Positions 15,310-23,803 are shown, numbered from the stretch's first letter. The stretch: DNA of 32,000 bases from Candidatus Saccharimonadota bacterium (GCA_963677105.1 OY781871.1:750001-782000); one strand, 5' to 3'. The notes: generated by a model from the letters alone, not told the origin. Translations and numbers: made by a program.

Positions 15310-17670
15310 TTATTTCCAATTCCATCCACTAATTTCTTTTGGATCATCTCCATTTTTAATAATATACTGACGGTGATCTTCGAGTTTTTTCATAATTTTC
15401 TTTTCGAGTTTTTGTCGTTGAATTGCTTGAATATTTCCTTGTTGATGAAGAATTCGTACAGCATCTAAAACGAGGTGATATCGAGAAGTTTCGTTTCGAA
15501 TATGCATATCGAATGGAGAAGTTGTTGAACCATTTTCTCTGTATCCGTGAATACTAAACCGACGTGATCCGTGATAATCGAATAATAATTTTTTAATAGT
15601 GTGTGGATATCCATGGAAATTGTAAATAACACCTTTGTCTTTTGTGAAATATGTATCGAGAAGATCATCATCACTTGCAATAGTTGGATCTCCAACGCCG
15701 AGAACACTGAGTTCTGAAACATTTACAAAACGCGCCTTTGTTCCAGGAATCATTTCTTTCAAAATATCAATGGCAGCCATTGATTCTTTCGTTACATAAT
15801 CTCCACTCGCAACAAAAACCACATCAGGATTTTTATCACTTGCAAAATCCCATGTCATAATTCCGCCAGCCATTTGTTTTCTTGCTTCAGCTAGAGAAAG
15901 CCATTTGTGATTCTCTTTTTTCCCAACAACAATCATGTTCAAGCTATCACGACTGAGCAATGTTTCTTCCAAAGCGACTAACATAGAATTTGCATCTGGT
16001 GGGAAATACGCACGAATAAATTCACCATCTTTTTCAAGCATAGATGAGATAAACGATGGATTTTGATGAGAAAATCCGTTGTGATCCTGTCTCTCAAGAA
16101 GAGAAGTAAGAATAACATTCATTCCTGGCAACGGTTTTCTCCAAGAGACTTCCTTACTCGCTTTTAGAAATTTAACATATTGATCTGCCATCGATGCAAC
16201 CACCTGAACAAACGCTTCATACGAAACGAATATTCCGTGACGTCCTGTTACATTGTATCCATGTTGCATTCCAAAAAGAGAGTGCTCAGAAAGCATTTCT
16301 AGAACTTGGCCAGAACGAGCCATGTCTTTGTCCCACGTTTCAATTGGCCATTGCCACGCACGAGTTGTGTGTTTGAATACAGCGTCAATTTTATTTGAAT
16401 ATGTTTCGTCAGGACTGAATATACGAAAATTATTTGAATTTTGTTTCACAACTTCTGCTAGTAAATTTCCACCAATTTTCATAGAACTAAATTTCTTTTC
16501 GCCACGTGATTTATCTTTGATTGCCAGATTTTCTAGATTTGGGAGTTTAAGTTTTTTCATTTGTTTTCCTCCGAGCGCAATTGGATTACTTCCTGGTGCT
16601 TTTGATTTTTTCGGTAAAAGAGATTGAATCTCCTTACAGAATTGAAATGGTTCTGTTTTTTCAACGAGTTCATCAAAATGATACGACTTTAACCATTTTT
16701 CTAGTCGTTTTAATGCAGCAGGATTTGTTTTTGCTGTGGCGTGAATTACTTGGTGTGAGAGACAATTTCCTTCAAGTTTTTCTTTTCCATCAAACGCACT
16801 TCCACTCCAACCTTTTGGTGTTCGCATTGCGATCATTGGCCAACGAGGACGTTCAACGTCTGTTCCAGAACGAGCGAGTTTTTGAATCTCACGAATTTGA
16901 TGAAGCGATTTATCCATCGCATGAGCCATTTGTTGATGAATATCTTCTTTCTTTTCACTATCAACAATAATTGGGTTATATCCAAGTCCTCGAAAATAAT
17001 CATTGATTTCTACATCACTCATTCGTCCAAAAAATGTTGGACCAGAAATTTTATATCCATTGATATGAAGTACCGGAAGAACTGCTCCATTTTCCGCAGG
17101 ATTTATTACTTTATTTATTTGCCAAGAAGCAGCGAGCGGACCCGTTTCTGCTTCTCCATCACCGATAAGACACGCAAGGACAAGATCAGGATTATCCAAA
17201 ATGGCTCCATACGAAACAGAAAGAGAATAACCGAGTTCACCTCCTTCTAAAATAGCTCCAGGAGCTGCAGGATTTGCGTGACTGGGATATCCATATGGTG
17301 CGGAAAACTTCGAACAAATTTCTTCAATTCCCTTCAATGAATAGGGGATTTGTTTTGGGTAAAATCGAGAAAGAGATTTTTCTACAAATAAGTTTGCCTG
17401 AATTGCTGGAAATCCATGACCCGGACCAACAACAACCATCATATTTGTATTATGTTTCGCAATAGAACGATATACGTGTGCATACAAAAAATTGATTCCT
17501 GGACATGTTCCCCAGTGACCAAGAAGTCGTGGTTTTATATCAGAAGCTTTGAGCGGTTTTTTTAATAAAATATTATCGTGCAAATAAATCTGAGCAGTAG
17601 AAAGATAATTCGTTGCACGACATAATTTTTTTAGTGCATCTGTTTCCGCAGGAGAAAGAATTTCAAACAT
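15310..17670 (-). CDS. xfp: Xylulose-5-phosphate/fructose-6-phosphate phosphoketolase
   Basis: 786 aa. N-terminus ..YLSTAQIYL.DN.LLKKPL...IKPRLLGHWGTCPG.NF.Y.H. Length and overall pattern are typical of XFP. Confidence 0.92.
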   Translation of the reverse strand: MFEILSPAETDALKKLCRATNYLSTAQIYLHDNILLKKPLKASDIKPRLLGHWGTCPGINFLYAHVYRSIAKHNTNMMVVVGPGHGFPAIQANLFVEKSLSRFYPKQIPYSLKGIEEICSKFSAPYGYPSHANPAAPGAILEGGELGYSLSVSYGAILDNPDLVLACLIGDGEAETGPLAASWQINKVINPAENGAVLPVLHINGYKISGPTFFGRMSDVEINDYFRGLGYNPIIVDSEKKEDIHQQMAHAMDKSLHQIREIQKLARSGTDVERPRWPMIAMRTPKGWSGSAFDGKEKLEGNCLSHQVIHATAKTNPAALKRLEKWLKSYHFDELVEKTEPFQFCKEIQSLLPKKSKAPGSNPIALGGKQMKKLKLPNLENLAIKDKSRGEKKFSSMKIGGNLLAEVVKQNSNNFRIFSPDETYSNKIDAVFKHTTRAWQWPIETWDKDMARSGQVLEMLSEHSLFGMQHGYNVTGRHGIFVSYEAFVQVVASMADQYVKFLKASKEVSWRKPLPGMNVILTSLLERQDHNGFSHQNPSFISSMLEKDGEFIRAYFPPDANSMLVALEETLLSRDSLNMIVVGKKENHKWLSLAEARKQMAGGIMTWDFASDKNPDVVFVASGDYVTKESMAAIDILKEMIPGTKARFVNVSELSVLGVGDPTIASDDDLLDTYFTKDKGVIYNFHGYPHTIKKLLFDYHGSRRFSIHGYRENGSTTSPFDMHIRNETSRYHLVLDAVRILHQQGNIQAIQRQKLEKKIMKKLEDHRQYIIKNGDDPKEISGWNWK

Positions 17671-17763
17671 GATTTTTGTATGAGTTTGTGTAAATTCTAG
17701 TGTTTCTTTTTGACCGGAGCAAAATTTTTATCAAAAATAGAGGTGTTATAACTTATTAAAAAT

Positions 17764-18426
17764 ATGAAACAGCCTCTTTGGATTACAAATTTTAAAAATT
17801 ATGAGCAATCGATTGGTCAACACGCATTAGATTTGGCACAAATACATCAACAAGTAGCTGATGAAACAGGAAAATCTATTGCTGTTGCGGTAAGTCCACT
17901 CGACATTTATAGAATTTCGCAAGAGGTTTCAATTCCAGTATTGAGTCAGAGTATGGATGCGATTGATTTCGGGAAAAATACAGGGTCGATTTTGCCACAA
18001 GGAATTCGACGAGCTGGAGGAATCGGTTCATTGATTAATCATTCTGAAGATCGTATAGAACGACAAATTTTGGAAGAAACAGCAGGATTTGCTCAGAAAT
18101 CAGGATTGATTCGTATCGTATGTGCAGAATCACCAGAAGAAGTAGAGCAATTAGCGAATTTGGACCCAGACTTTATTGCTTTTGAACCACCAGAATTAAT
18201 TGGTTCAACAACGGCTTCTGTGGCCACAGCGCATCCTGAATCAATTGCAAAAGCAGTTCAGTTGGCGCGAGGGATTCCATTATTGGTTGGTGCAGGAGTG
18301 AATTCTGTTGAAGATGTAAAGATTTCGCTTGAGCTTGGCGCAAAAGGATTTCTAGTCGCAACAGCAATTGTGAAAGCGGAGAACCCATTAGAAAAATTGC
18401 GTGAATTAGTGGGTGCGATGGAATAG
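17764..18426 (+). CDS. tpiA: Triosephosphate isomerase, archaeal-type short form
   Basis: 220 aa. ITNFKNY, LINHSEDR, FEPPELIGS and VGAGV match the archaeal ~220-aa TIM pattern (e.g. Pyrococcus NFKTY / LLNHSENR / VEPPELIGTG / CGAGI, from memory). Confidence 0.8.
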   Translation: MKQPLWITNFKNYEQSIGQHALDLAQIHQQVADETGKSIAVAVSPLDIYRISQEVSIPVLSQSMDAIDFGKNTGSILPQGIRRAGGIGSLINHSEDRIERQILEETAGFAQKSGLIRIVCAESPEEVEQLANLDPDFIAFEPPELIGSTTASVATAHPESIAKAVQLARGIPLLVGAGVNSVEDVKISLELGAKGFLVATAIVKAENPLEKLRELVGAME

Positions 18427-18659
18427 AAATTAAAAGAAAACACTTGCGAAAATAAAAAATGGTGATAAAACACCGTCAGTAATTTTATCGAAAGCAACTT
18501 AACTCAAATCAATGTTGTTTTTGTAAAATTACATTGTTCTTATACATCTCATTTCGTATTTGGATTTTGTTTCGAGCGATTTATTTTTTACATTTTTAGT
18601 AGAAGGTAGATTCCTCGGAACAAAGTACGAGGGTTATAATAAAAAAGGAGCATTGTTGC

Positions 18660-18860
18660 ATGCCAGAAGAATTACTAGAAATATTTAAGGAGGAAGTTGA
18701 AGCTTCATCTCGTTCAGTTCAAAACACAGGAGAAATTAACAGTGGAGGAATCTCGAGAACAATGGTTGAATTGGCCCTAGAAATAGCTGCTAAAAATCCC
18801 GGAAAAAACCCATTAGACAATTATAACCACGGGGACAGATATTGGTGTAGCGAGAAATAA
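18660..18860 (+). CDS. Small orphan protein (66 aa), cassette C
   Basis: AAGGAG at 18645-18650, preceded by hairpin 18612-18633. A terminator follows directly. MPEELLEIFKEEVEASS...GGISRTMVELALEIAAKN... Confidence 0.55.
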   Translation: MPEELLEIFKEEVEASSRSVQNTGEINSGGISRTMVELALEIAAKNPGKNPLDNYNHGDRYWCSEK

Positions 18861-18872
18861 GAACAATTTTTT

Positions 18873-18910
18873 GCCAGTTGATACGTAAAGTATTGACTGG
18901 CTCTTTTTTT
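18873..18910 (+). terminator. Rho-independent terminator of cassette C
   Basis: gccagt-t-gatac-gtaaa-gtatt-g-actggc followed by tcttttttt. Confidence 0.8.
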
Positions 18911-18966
18911 GTAATCTGAAAAACATATTTATGAGAGTTCGTGAATAAATAACATTTTCCCGAAGA

Positions 18967-18995
18967 TTGACAAATTCCGCAAAATAAGTAATTTA
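18967..18995 (+). promoter_or_regulatory. Promoter-like module upstream of the 798-aa gene, homologous to the cassette A promoter
   Basis: ttgacaaattccgcaaaataagtaattta versus 8820 ttgacaatttatgataaataagtataaat. The -10 is weak (aattta/atttat). Confidence 0.35.
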
Positions 18996-19001
18996 TATCT
19001 A

Positions 19002-19032
19002 GTTCTTTGACGATTGCGTGGAAAATAATAAT
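19002..19032 (+). repeat. 31-nt direct repeat copy 1 (contains TTGACG plus an ATAATAAT tract)
   Basis: gttctttgacgattgcgtggaaaataataat; 29/31 identical to 19115-19145. Confidence 0.85.
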
Positions 19033-19114
19033 GATGCTGTTTTGCACAGCATCACAAAAGAAAAGAATGAAAAAAAGATGTCACAAACTAGAACTTGAAT
19101 CGTTATGATACATG

Positions 19115-19145
19115 GTTCTTTGACGATTACGTGAAAAATAATAAT
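19115..19145 (+). repeat. 31-nt direct repeat copy 2
   Basis: gttctttgacgattacgtgaaaaataataat. Confidence 0.85.
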
Positions 19146-19261
19146 TAAAAAGAAATAGATTTAGTGTTCGTCCGTAGATTATTCTTAATCAAGCGGCATT
19201 ATCTTTAACCTAAAAAAATAAAAAAAGAAGCTCAACAAAGGATTGAGCAAAGGAGTTTAAG

Positions 19262-21658
19262 ATGAAAAAAAGTGTTTTAATTTTGGTCGTTATGATTATG
19301 GCGGCTGGATTGTTTGGAGAGTCATTTTTAACAGCAACCAGAACAGATGGATTCTCATCAGAGACTATCGTTGCTGGATTGGATGATGTTACATTTATGG
19401 AATTCGTTCTTGATAACAATGATGTCGGTGACGTGAATACTACTTCCATTACAGTAGAAATAGATGATTCCTTTCCGGAAGCATCTATTGGAAATCCTCA
19501 GAACTATACTGCTGCGATCTTCGTAGACGGTACACAACAGGGTTCATCTAAGAACTTCAGTGCTACTACAAATACAGCAGTATTCAACGACTTGTCGGTG
19601 GTTATTCCATCAGATGGTCAGAGAGAATTTGCTGTTGTAGTAAACACAAGCGAAGTATCATCTGGTGATGTTCTTCGAATGCGAATTACTGCAGTTGATG
19701 CAGATAATGTGGAAAATGGGCAACCTGTTAGTGACGTTTATTATCTTCCTTTAATGGGAGCGGAGTTCTCACTTATTGAGAGTGGATCGTTGCAGATGAG
19801 TTTACATTCTACCGTATACTCAGACATCCTCGTAGCAGGATCTGATGATGTTGAAGTATTAAAAATTCGATTTGATGCTGTAGATGATGAAGTTCAAGTG
19901 AAAGATATATACTTGAACAATAACTCTGGAGGATGGACTGACTTTGGTCCACGAGCAGACTTCAAATTGTATGATGAAGCTGGACAACTTGTTCAGACAA
20001 AACAAATGCAAACTGGAGATGCTCTTCACTTCGAACTTGCAAACCAGGATCGAATCGTTGTTCCGAAAGATGGATCGACATTCGTTACTATTAAAGTTGA
20101 TATTCGAGACATTACTCAAGCAGCAATGACTGGTAAACGATTGAAATTAACGCTTGATACATCTGAGGGAACCGGAGGAGTAGAGGCAATTACTTCTGCT
20201 ACTGGAGTTGATCTAGCAGCAAATGTTATTACAGGAAATTTTGTCGGTGAAGAATTTATTGCATACCGAACAGAAATGTTTGTGGAACATGCCGCAGTTC
20301 AACCGAATTTTATGGATCCTTCTGAGATTTCTCAAGAGTGTTACCGATTCACAGTTACAGCTGACGTAGCGCGTCAAGCTGAGATTGGAAGAGTTACACT
20401 TGGCATGGATATTTCCGGAATGGAATTCACAGAAGATACCGGAGATTTGTTCCAAGTAAAGCTCGTTAACCCAGATGGAACCATTAATTACTCGGCAGTG
20501 GTTACCACTTCTGTTGTAGATAATGCAGAGCTTTTTGGGTCGAACGCAATTGTTGTTGTTGATTTTGAGAATCAAATGTTTTCGGCTGGAGAGTCGAGAA
20601 CATATGCTTTGTTTATCAGAGCCACCGGAAATGTCGGCGGAGAAGATGATGATGCTGTTTGTGTATCAATTGTTCCAGATTTGGACTATTTGGTACCAAC
20701 AAATAGAGCCTTTTTGGAAGATTATGCAAATATCATTTGGTCGGATGAGTCATCTAATACTCATTCTGATATAACAAATGATTGGGAGAACGGTTATCTT
20801 TTAGGTAATGATACAACAACTCAAGTGAACGGGGATTTCACCTCTCAGAACTTGAGAGGTGATGTTGATATGAATGGTTTTCTCCAACCAATGGATGCGT
20901 CTCTCATATTTCAACACTGGGACGGATTTATAACTCTTTCTCCTCAGCAATTGTTATTGGCTGACTTCAACAACGATGGTTTGGTAGATGTGAATGATGG
21001 GATCGACCTTTTATGGTCAATTACTGGAGAACCTCCAGTAAATCCTATAGAAGCCGAAGTGAATCCATATATTGATGGCGACGAACTTGTTTTCGAAGTT
21101 GTTAATGGTGAGTTATTCGCTTTTCAGGTTATAATGGAAAGTGAAAATGTGGATTTCGGAGAAGATTTCTGGGTTAATGGCGGATGGTATTTTGCCAGAA
21201 ATGGTAACCATATTGTCTGTGCTGGTTCAATGCCAGTTATTGATGATGAATTTCTGGCTGTGTCATTAGAAGGCTCAGGCGACCTTGATCTAGAAATGCT
21301 TGTCAATACGGATCCAGAACATGTCGTCATTACAGGATTAAGATATGTACCGACAGCAGTGGATGATTCTTCTGTTTCAGAAATTTCATTTGAGACAGGA
21401 AATTATCCAAATCCATTCAATCCATCAACAAAGATCGCTTATTCACTTCCAGAAGATGGAAACGTAAGTCTTGAGATATTCAATATCAAGGGACAAAAAG
21501 TGAAATCTTTAGTTTCTGATTTTAGAACGAAGGGTTCTCATTCAGTAACGTGGAATGGAACAGACGATAATCAAAATGCAGTTTCGTCAGGTGTATATTT
21601 CTACCGTATTACGGCAGGAAAACACACCAAGACAAATAAAATGATAATGATGAAATAA
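19262..21658 (+). CDS. Large secreted surface protein: N-terminal beta-rich repeats, dockerin-like Ca-binding loops, C-terminal T9SS/FlgD-Ig-type sorting domain
   Basis: 798 aa. Signal MKKSVLILVVMIMAAGLFG. Dockerin-like GDVDMNGFLQPMDASLIFQH...ADFNNDGLVDVNDGIDLL. Last ~80 aa NYPNPFNPSTKIAYSLPEDGNVSLEIFNIKGQKVKSLV..GSHSVTWNGTDDNQNAVSSGVYFYRITAG..KMIMMK. AAGGAG at 19250-19255. Confidence 0.8.
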   Translation: MKKSVLILVVMIMAAGLFGESFLTATRTDGFSSETIVAGLDDVTFMEFVLDNNDVGDVNTTSITVEIDDSFPEASIGNPQNYTAAIFVDGTQQGSSKNFSATTNTAVFNDLSVVIPSDGQREFAVVVNTSEVSSGDVLRMRITAVDADNVENGQPVSDVYYLPLMGAEFSLIESGSLQMSLHSTVYSDILVAGSDDVEVLKIRFDAVDDEVQVKDIYLNNNSGGWTDFGPRADFKLYDEAGQLVQTKQMQTGDALHFELANQDRIVVPKDGSTFVTIKVDIRDITQAAMTGKRLKLTLDTSEGTGGVEAITSATGVDLAANVITGNFVGEEFIAYRTEMFVEHAAVQPNFMDPSEISQECYRFTVTADVARQAEIGRVTLGMDISGMEFTEDTGDLFQVKLVNPDGTINYSAVVTTSVVDNAELFGSNAIVVVDFENQMFSAGESRTYALFIRATGNVGGEDDDAVCVSIVPDLDYLVPTNRAFLEDYANIIWSDESSNTHSDITNDWENGYLLGNDTTTQVNGDFTSQNLRGDVDMNGFLQPMDASLIFQHWDGFITLSPQQLLLADFNNDGLVDVNDGIDLLWSITGEPPVNPIEAEVNPYIDGDELVFEVVNGELFAFQVIMESENVDFGEDFWVNGGWYFARNGNHIVCAGSMPVIDDEFLAVSLEGSGDLDLEMLVNTDPEHVVITGLRYVPTAVDDSSVSEISFETGNYPNPFNPSTKIAYSLPEDGNVSLEIFNIKGQKVKSLVSDFRTKGSHSVTWNGTDDNQNAVSSGVYFYRITAGKHTKTNKMIMMK

Positions 21659-21734
21659 AAAAATTCTTTTCGTGCGAGAAGATGAACGTTTTCTTGCGAT
21701 CTTGTTAGTTTTTCTCGTACTCAAAGGATTTTCT

Positions 21735-21773
21735 TCCTCTCTGACTTGGTAACAAGAAGGAGAGGAGTTTTTT
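21735..21773 (+). terminator. Terminator of the 798-aa gene
   Basis: tcctctc..cttg-gtaa-caag..gagagga followed by g-tttttt. Confidence 0.65.
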
Positions 21774-21839
21774 ATATGAAAAAAAAGAAAAAGTTACGTT
21801 ACTAGATTCCTGCTTTTGCAGGAATGACAAATATGTGTT

Positions 21840-21905
21840 TTTTGTAATCTGATCTTTGAAGTTTGCACTTTGAAGTTTGTAATTTTAAGCGAAGCTCCGC
21901 TTCGT
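21840..21905 (-). repeat. Composite 3' module after the 566-aa gene: hairpin (cgaagc-tcc-gcttcg) plus heptamer array
   Basis: Minus-strand reading: ..cgaagcggagcttcgcttaaaattacaaacttcaaagtgcaaacttcaaagatcagattacaaaa. Parallels 8738-8794. Confidence 0.75.
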
Positions 21906-21907
21906 GC

Positions 21908-23608
21908 CTATCGTCGTCGCAATACTCCAGATATAAATGTTGCCCGTGAAGAGTTTTTTCGAGAAAACGAGATATTTCGGAATGGTTGCAATAATGAAGA
22001 CCAAGAGGGAACTTGAGCTTCTCCAGCGATGAGTGTTTGAGAAAAATCAATGAGCGTTCGGAGTTTATTGAAGTTTGCATATCCGAAGCTTTCTGCGGCA
22101 GCAAAATCAAATAAAACACTTTGTCTGAAATCTTCATTTTGTGCCAAGTTTGAGTTTTCAGTATCAAATGAACGCATTACATTCGCTACTCCTCGTTCAT
22201 GAGAAGAAAAGATGAGTTGTCCATTAAGGAATCCGTAAGAGAATTTTCGTGTCGAGGTTGCAACGTCAGTACTTGGAGAAGTTGCGGTAAAATATGTTCG
22301 TTCATTTTCGGTCTTTTTTCGTATTTCAACTTCACGAGGATCCACTGCCACCAATTCTTCACGTAAAGAACCGTCTGCTAATTTTCGTTCTACAATTTCG
22401 GTAGCAACTTGGCTTTGTGCAGATCGAATCACATGATGAAGTGATTGTGCATTTTTTTCTATATCTGAATTTCCAAATCCTGTGACAAGTGTGAAATAAG
22501 GAGCTGGAGCAGTCGTGTCTTCAAAATCAAAAATGAGTGCATATTGACCATGCATTTGAGCAAGAAAATCTTCTTCAAAATCGAATTCTTGACCAAATAT
22601 TTTCCGAAATTCTGCGCGTAATAATCCGTCAAAGACAACAGAAAATTGTGGATGTAATTCTGATAAAAATTCTCGAGTATATCGAAATTTTTTGTAGAGA
22701 TCGTGTCCGTTCATAAAAAACAAGGTGTCACGAGGCGAGAATTGCGCCATTTGTGGAAGTAATTCATTTGGTGTGTTTCTCAATTGTTCTGCAGAAAATA
22801 CTCCGTCAGAAGTTACAAATTTTGCATTGATAAGCGTTCGATCTTTTTCTAAATTAAGTGTTATTCCAACAGCCGGAATTGTATTTGAAAGAGCTCGAAG
22901 GATTGGTTCTTGTGCAATAAAATTTTCACTCAAAAGTTCTGCATTGAGGAGCGCCTCTGTTTTTACAAATACAATAGCATCAGCTTGTAGTGGGAAATCT
23001 CGAGAACATTCAATATATTCTGAGCTTTTCGCAATCGGAGACGCGGCAAGAGCACTTGTTAAAGATTCAACAGAACTTCCAATCAATAACCATCCATCTT
23101 TAAATACAAAAGCAAGAGGAGAAGAAAATGATGGAGTTTGTACAGTGATTTCGTTCGCTGTTTGATCGACGAGAGACTCATTTGGAAGAACTAATTCATT
23201 TAGAAATTCTTGAGCACGAGTTTTGTTTCGATATCGTGCTGCGAGAAGAAATTCGTGATCTGGCAATAATGCCATTCCTGCTCGTCCTCCAATCCATGGT
23301 TTTATGTTTTCAGTATTTGCGAGCGGAATATATTTAGAAAGAATTGATTCGGTTGAAGTAGGTAATTCGGAATCAGTGAAAGTTTCTTGCCATCGTTCGA
23401 ATGATGTTGATCCAAGAGAAGCTTCTATGAATAGCAAAGTAGAATCAGGGAAAATATAAGAAAGTTTTGCTGTTGGTTGAGAATTGAAGTGCCATAAGGT
23501 TCCAGCAATTCCGGCTGCAAAAAGAAGGGCTCCAATTAAAAAGAGTCTTGTTTGTGGTGCGCGTGATTTTGTTTTTCGTGATTCATTCATCGACGGGGAT
23601 TGTTTCAA
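21908..23608 (-). CDS. N-terminally membrane-anchored hypothetical protein (566 aa)
   Basis: Long ORF. One TM near the N-terminus (RLFLIGALLFAAGIAGTLW). No catalytic motif recognised. Confidence 0.65.
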   Translation of the reverse strand: MKQSPSMNESRKTKSRAPQTRLFLIGALLFAAGIAGTLWHFNSQPTAKLSYIFPDSTLLFIEASLGSTSFERWQETFTDSELPTSTESILSKYIPLANTENIKPWIGGRAGMALLPDHEFLLAARYRNKTRAQEFLNELVLPNESLVDQTANEITVQTPSFSSPLAFVFKDGWLLIGSSVESLTSALAASPIAKSSEYIECSRDFPLQADAIVFVKTEALLNAELLSENFIAQEPILRALSNTIPAVGITLNLEKDRTLINAKFVTSDGVFSAEQLRNTPNELLPQMAQFSPRDTLFFMNGHDLYKKFRYTREFLSELHPQFSVVFDGLLRAEFRKIFGQEFDFEEDFLAQMHGQYALIFDFEDTTAPAPYFTLVTGFGNSDIEKNAQSLHHVIRSAQSQVATEIVERKLADGSLREELVAVDPREVEIRKKTENERTYFTATSPSTDVATSTRKFSYGFLNGQLIFSSHERGVANVMRSFDTENSNLAQNEDFRQSVLFDFAAAESFGYANFNKLRTLIDFSQTLIAGEAQVPSWSSLLQPFRNISFSRKNSSRATFISGVLRRR

Positions 23609-23726
23609 AATTAGTCTTCAAAATCAAGTTGACTTTTTTGACGCTGAAATTACACTTCCTCTGCTCTTTTTGATTGTTCTGACACAAAGTTATGTAGGTT
23701 TGTGTTGCAAGAATAATGAGTAATGT

Positions 23727-23803
23727 CGGGGTGTAGCTCAGTTGGCTAGAGTACGCGGTTTGGGACCGTGAGGCCGGAGGTTCGAGTCCTCTCACCCCGA
23801 CCA
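23727..23803 (+). tRNA. tRNA-Pro(UGG): tRNA-Pro (anticodon UGG), CCA encoded
   Basis: cggggtg acceptor pairs with caccccg. Anticodon arm cgcgg-ttTGGga-ccgtg. T arm ggagg-ttcgagt-cctct. Discriminator A plus CCA. Confidence 0.9.

Noticed and set aside
19031-19108. 25-codon mini-ORF (MMLFCTASQKKRMKKRCHKLELESL) between the two 31-nt repeats.
   Set aside because: It has no SD or other support, and it overlaps the 19033-19053 hairpin. I treat it as non-coding leader/promoter sequence.
21802-22167. 121-aa minus-strand ORF overlapping the 3' end of the 566-aa gene.
   Set aside because: It is out of frame with the long ORF, and its C-terminus (LKLQTSKCKLQRSDYKK) is just the translated heptamer array.
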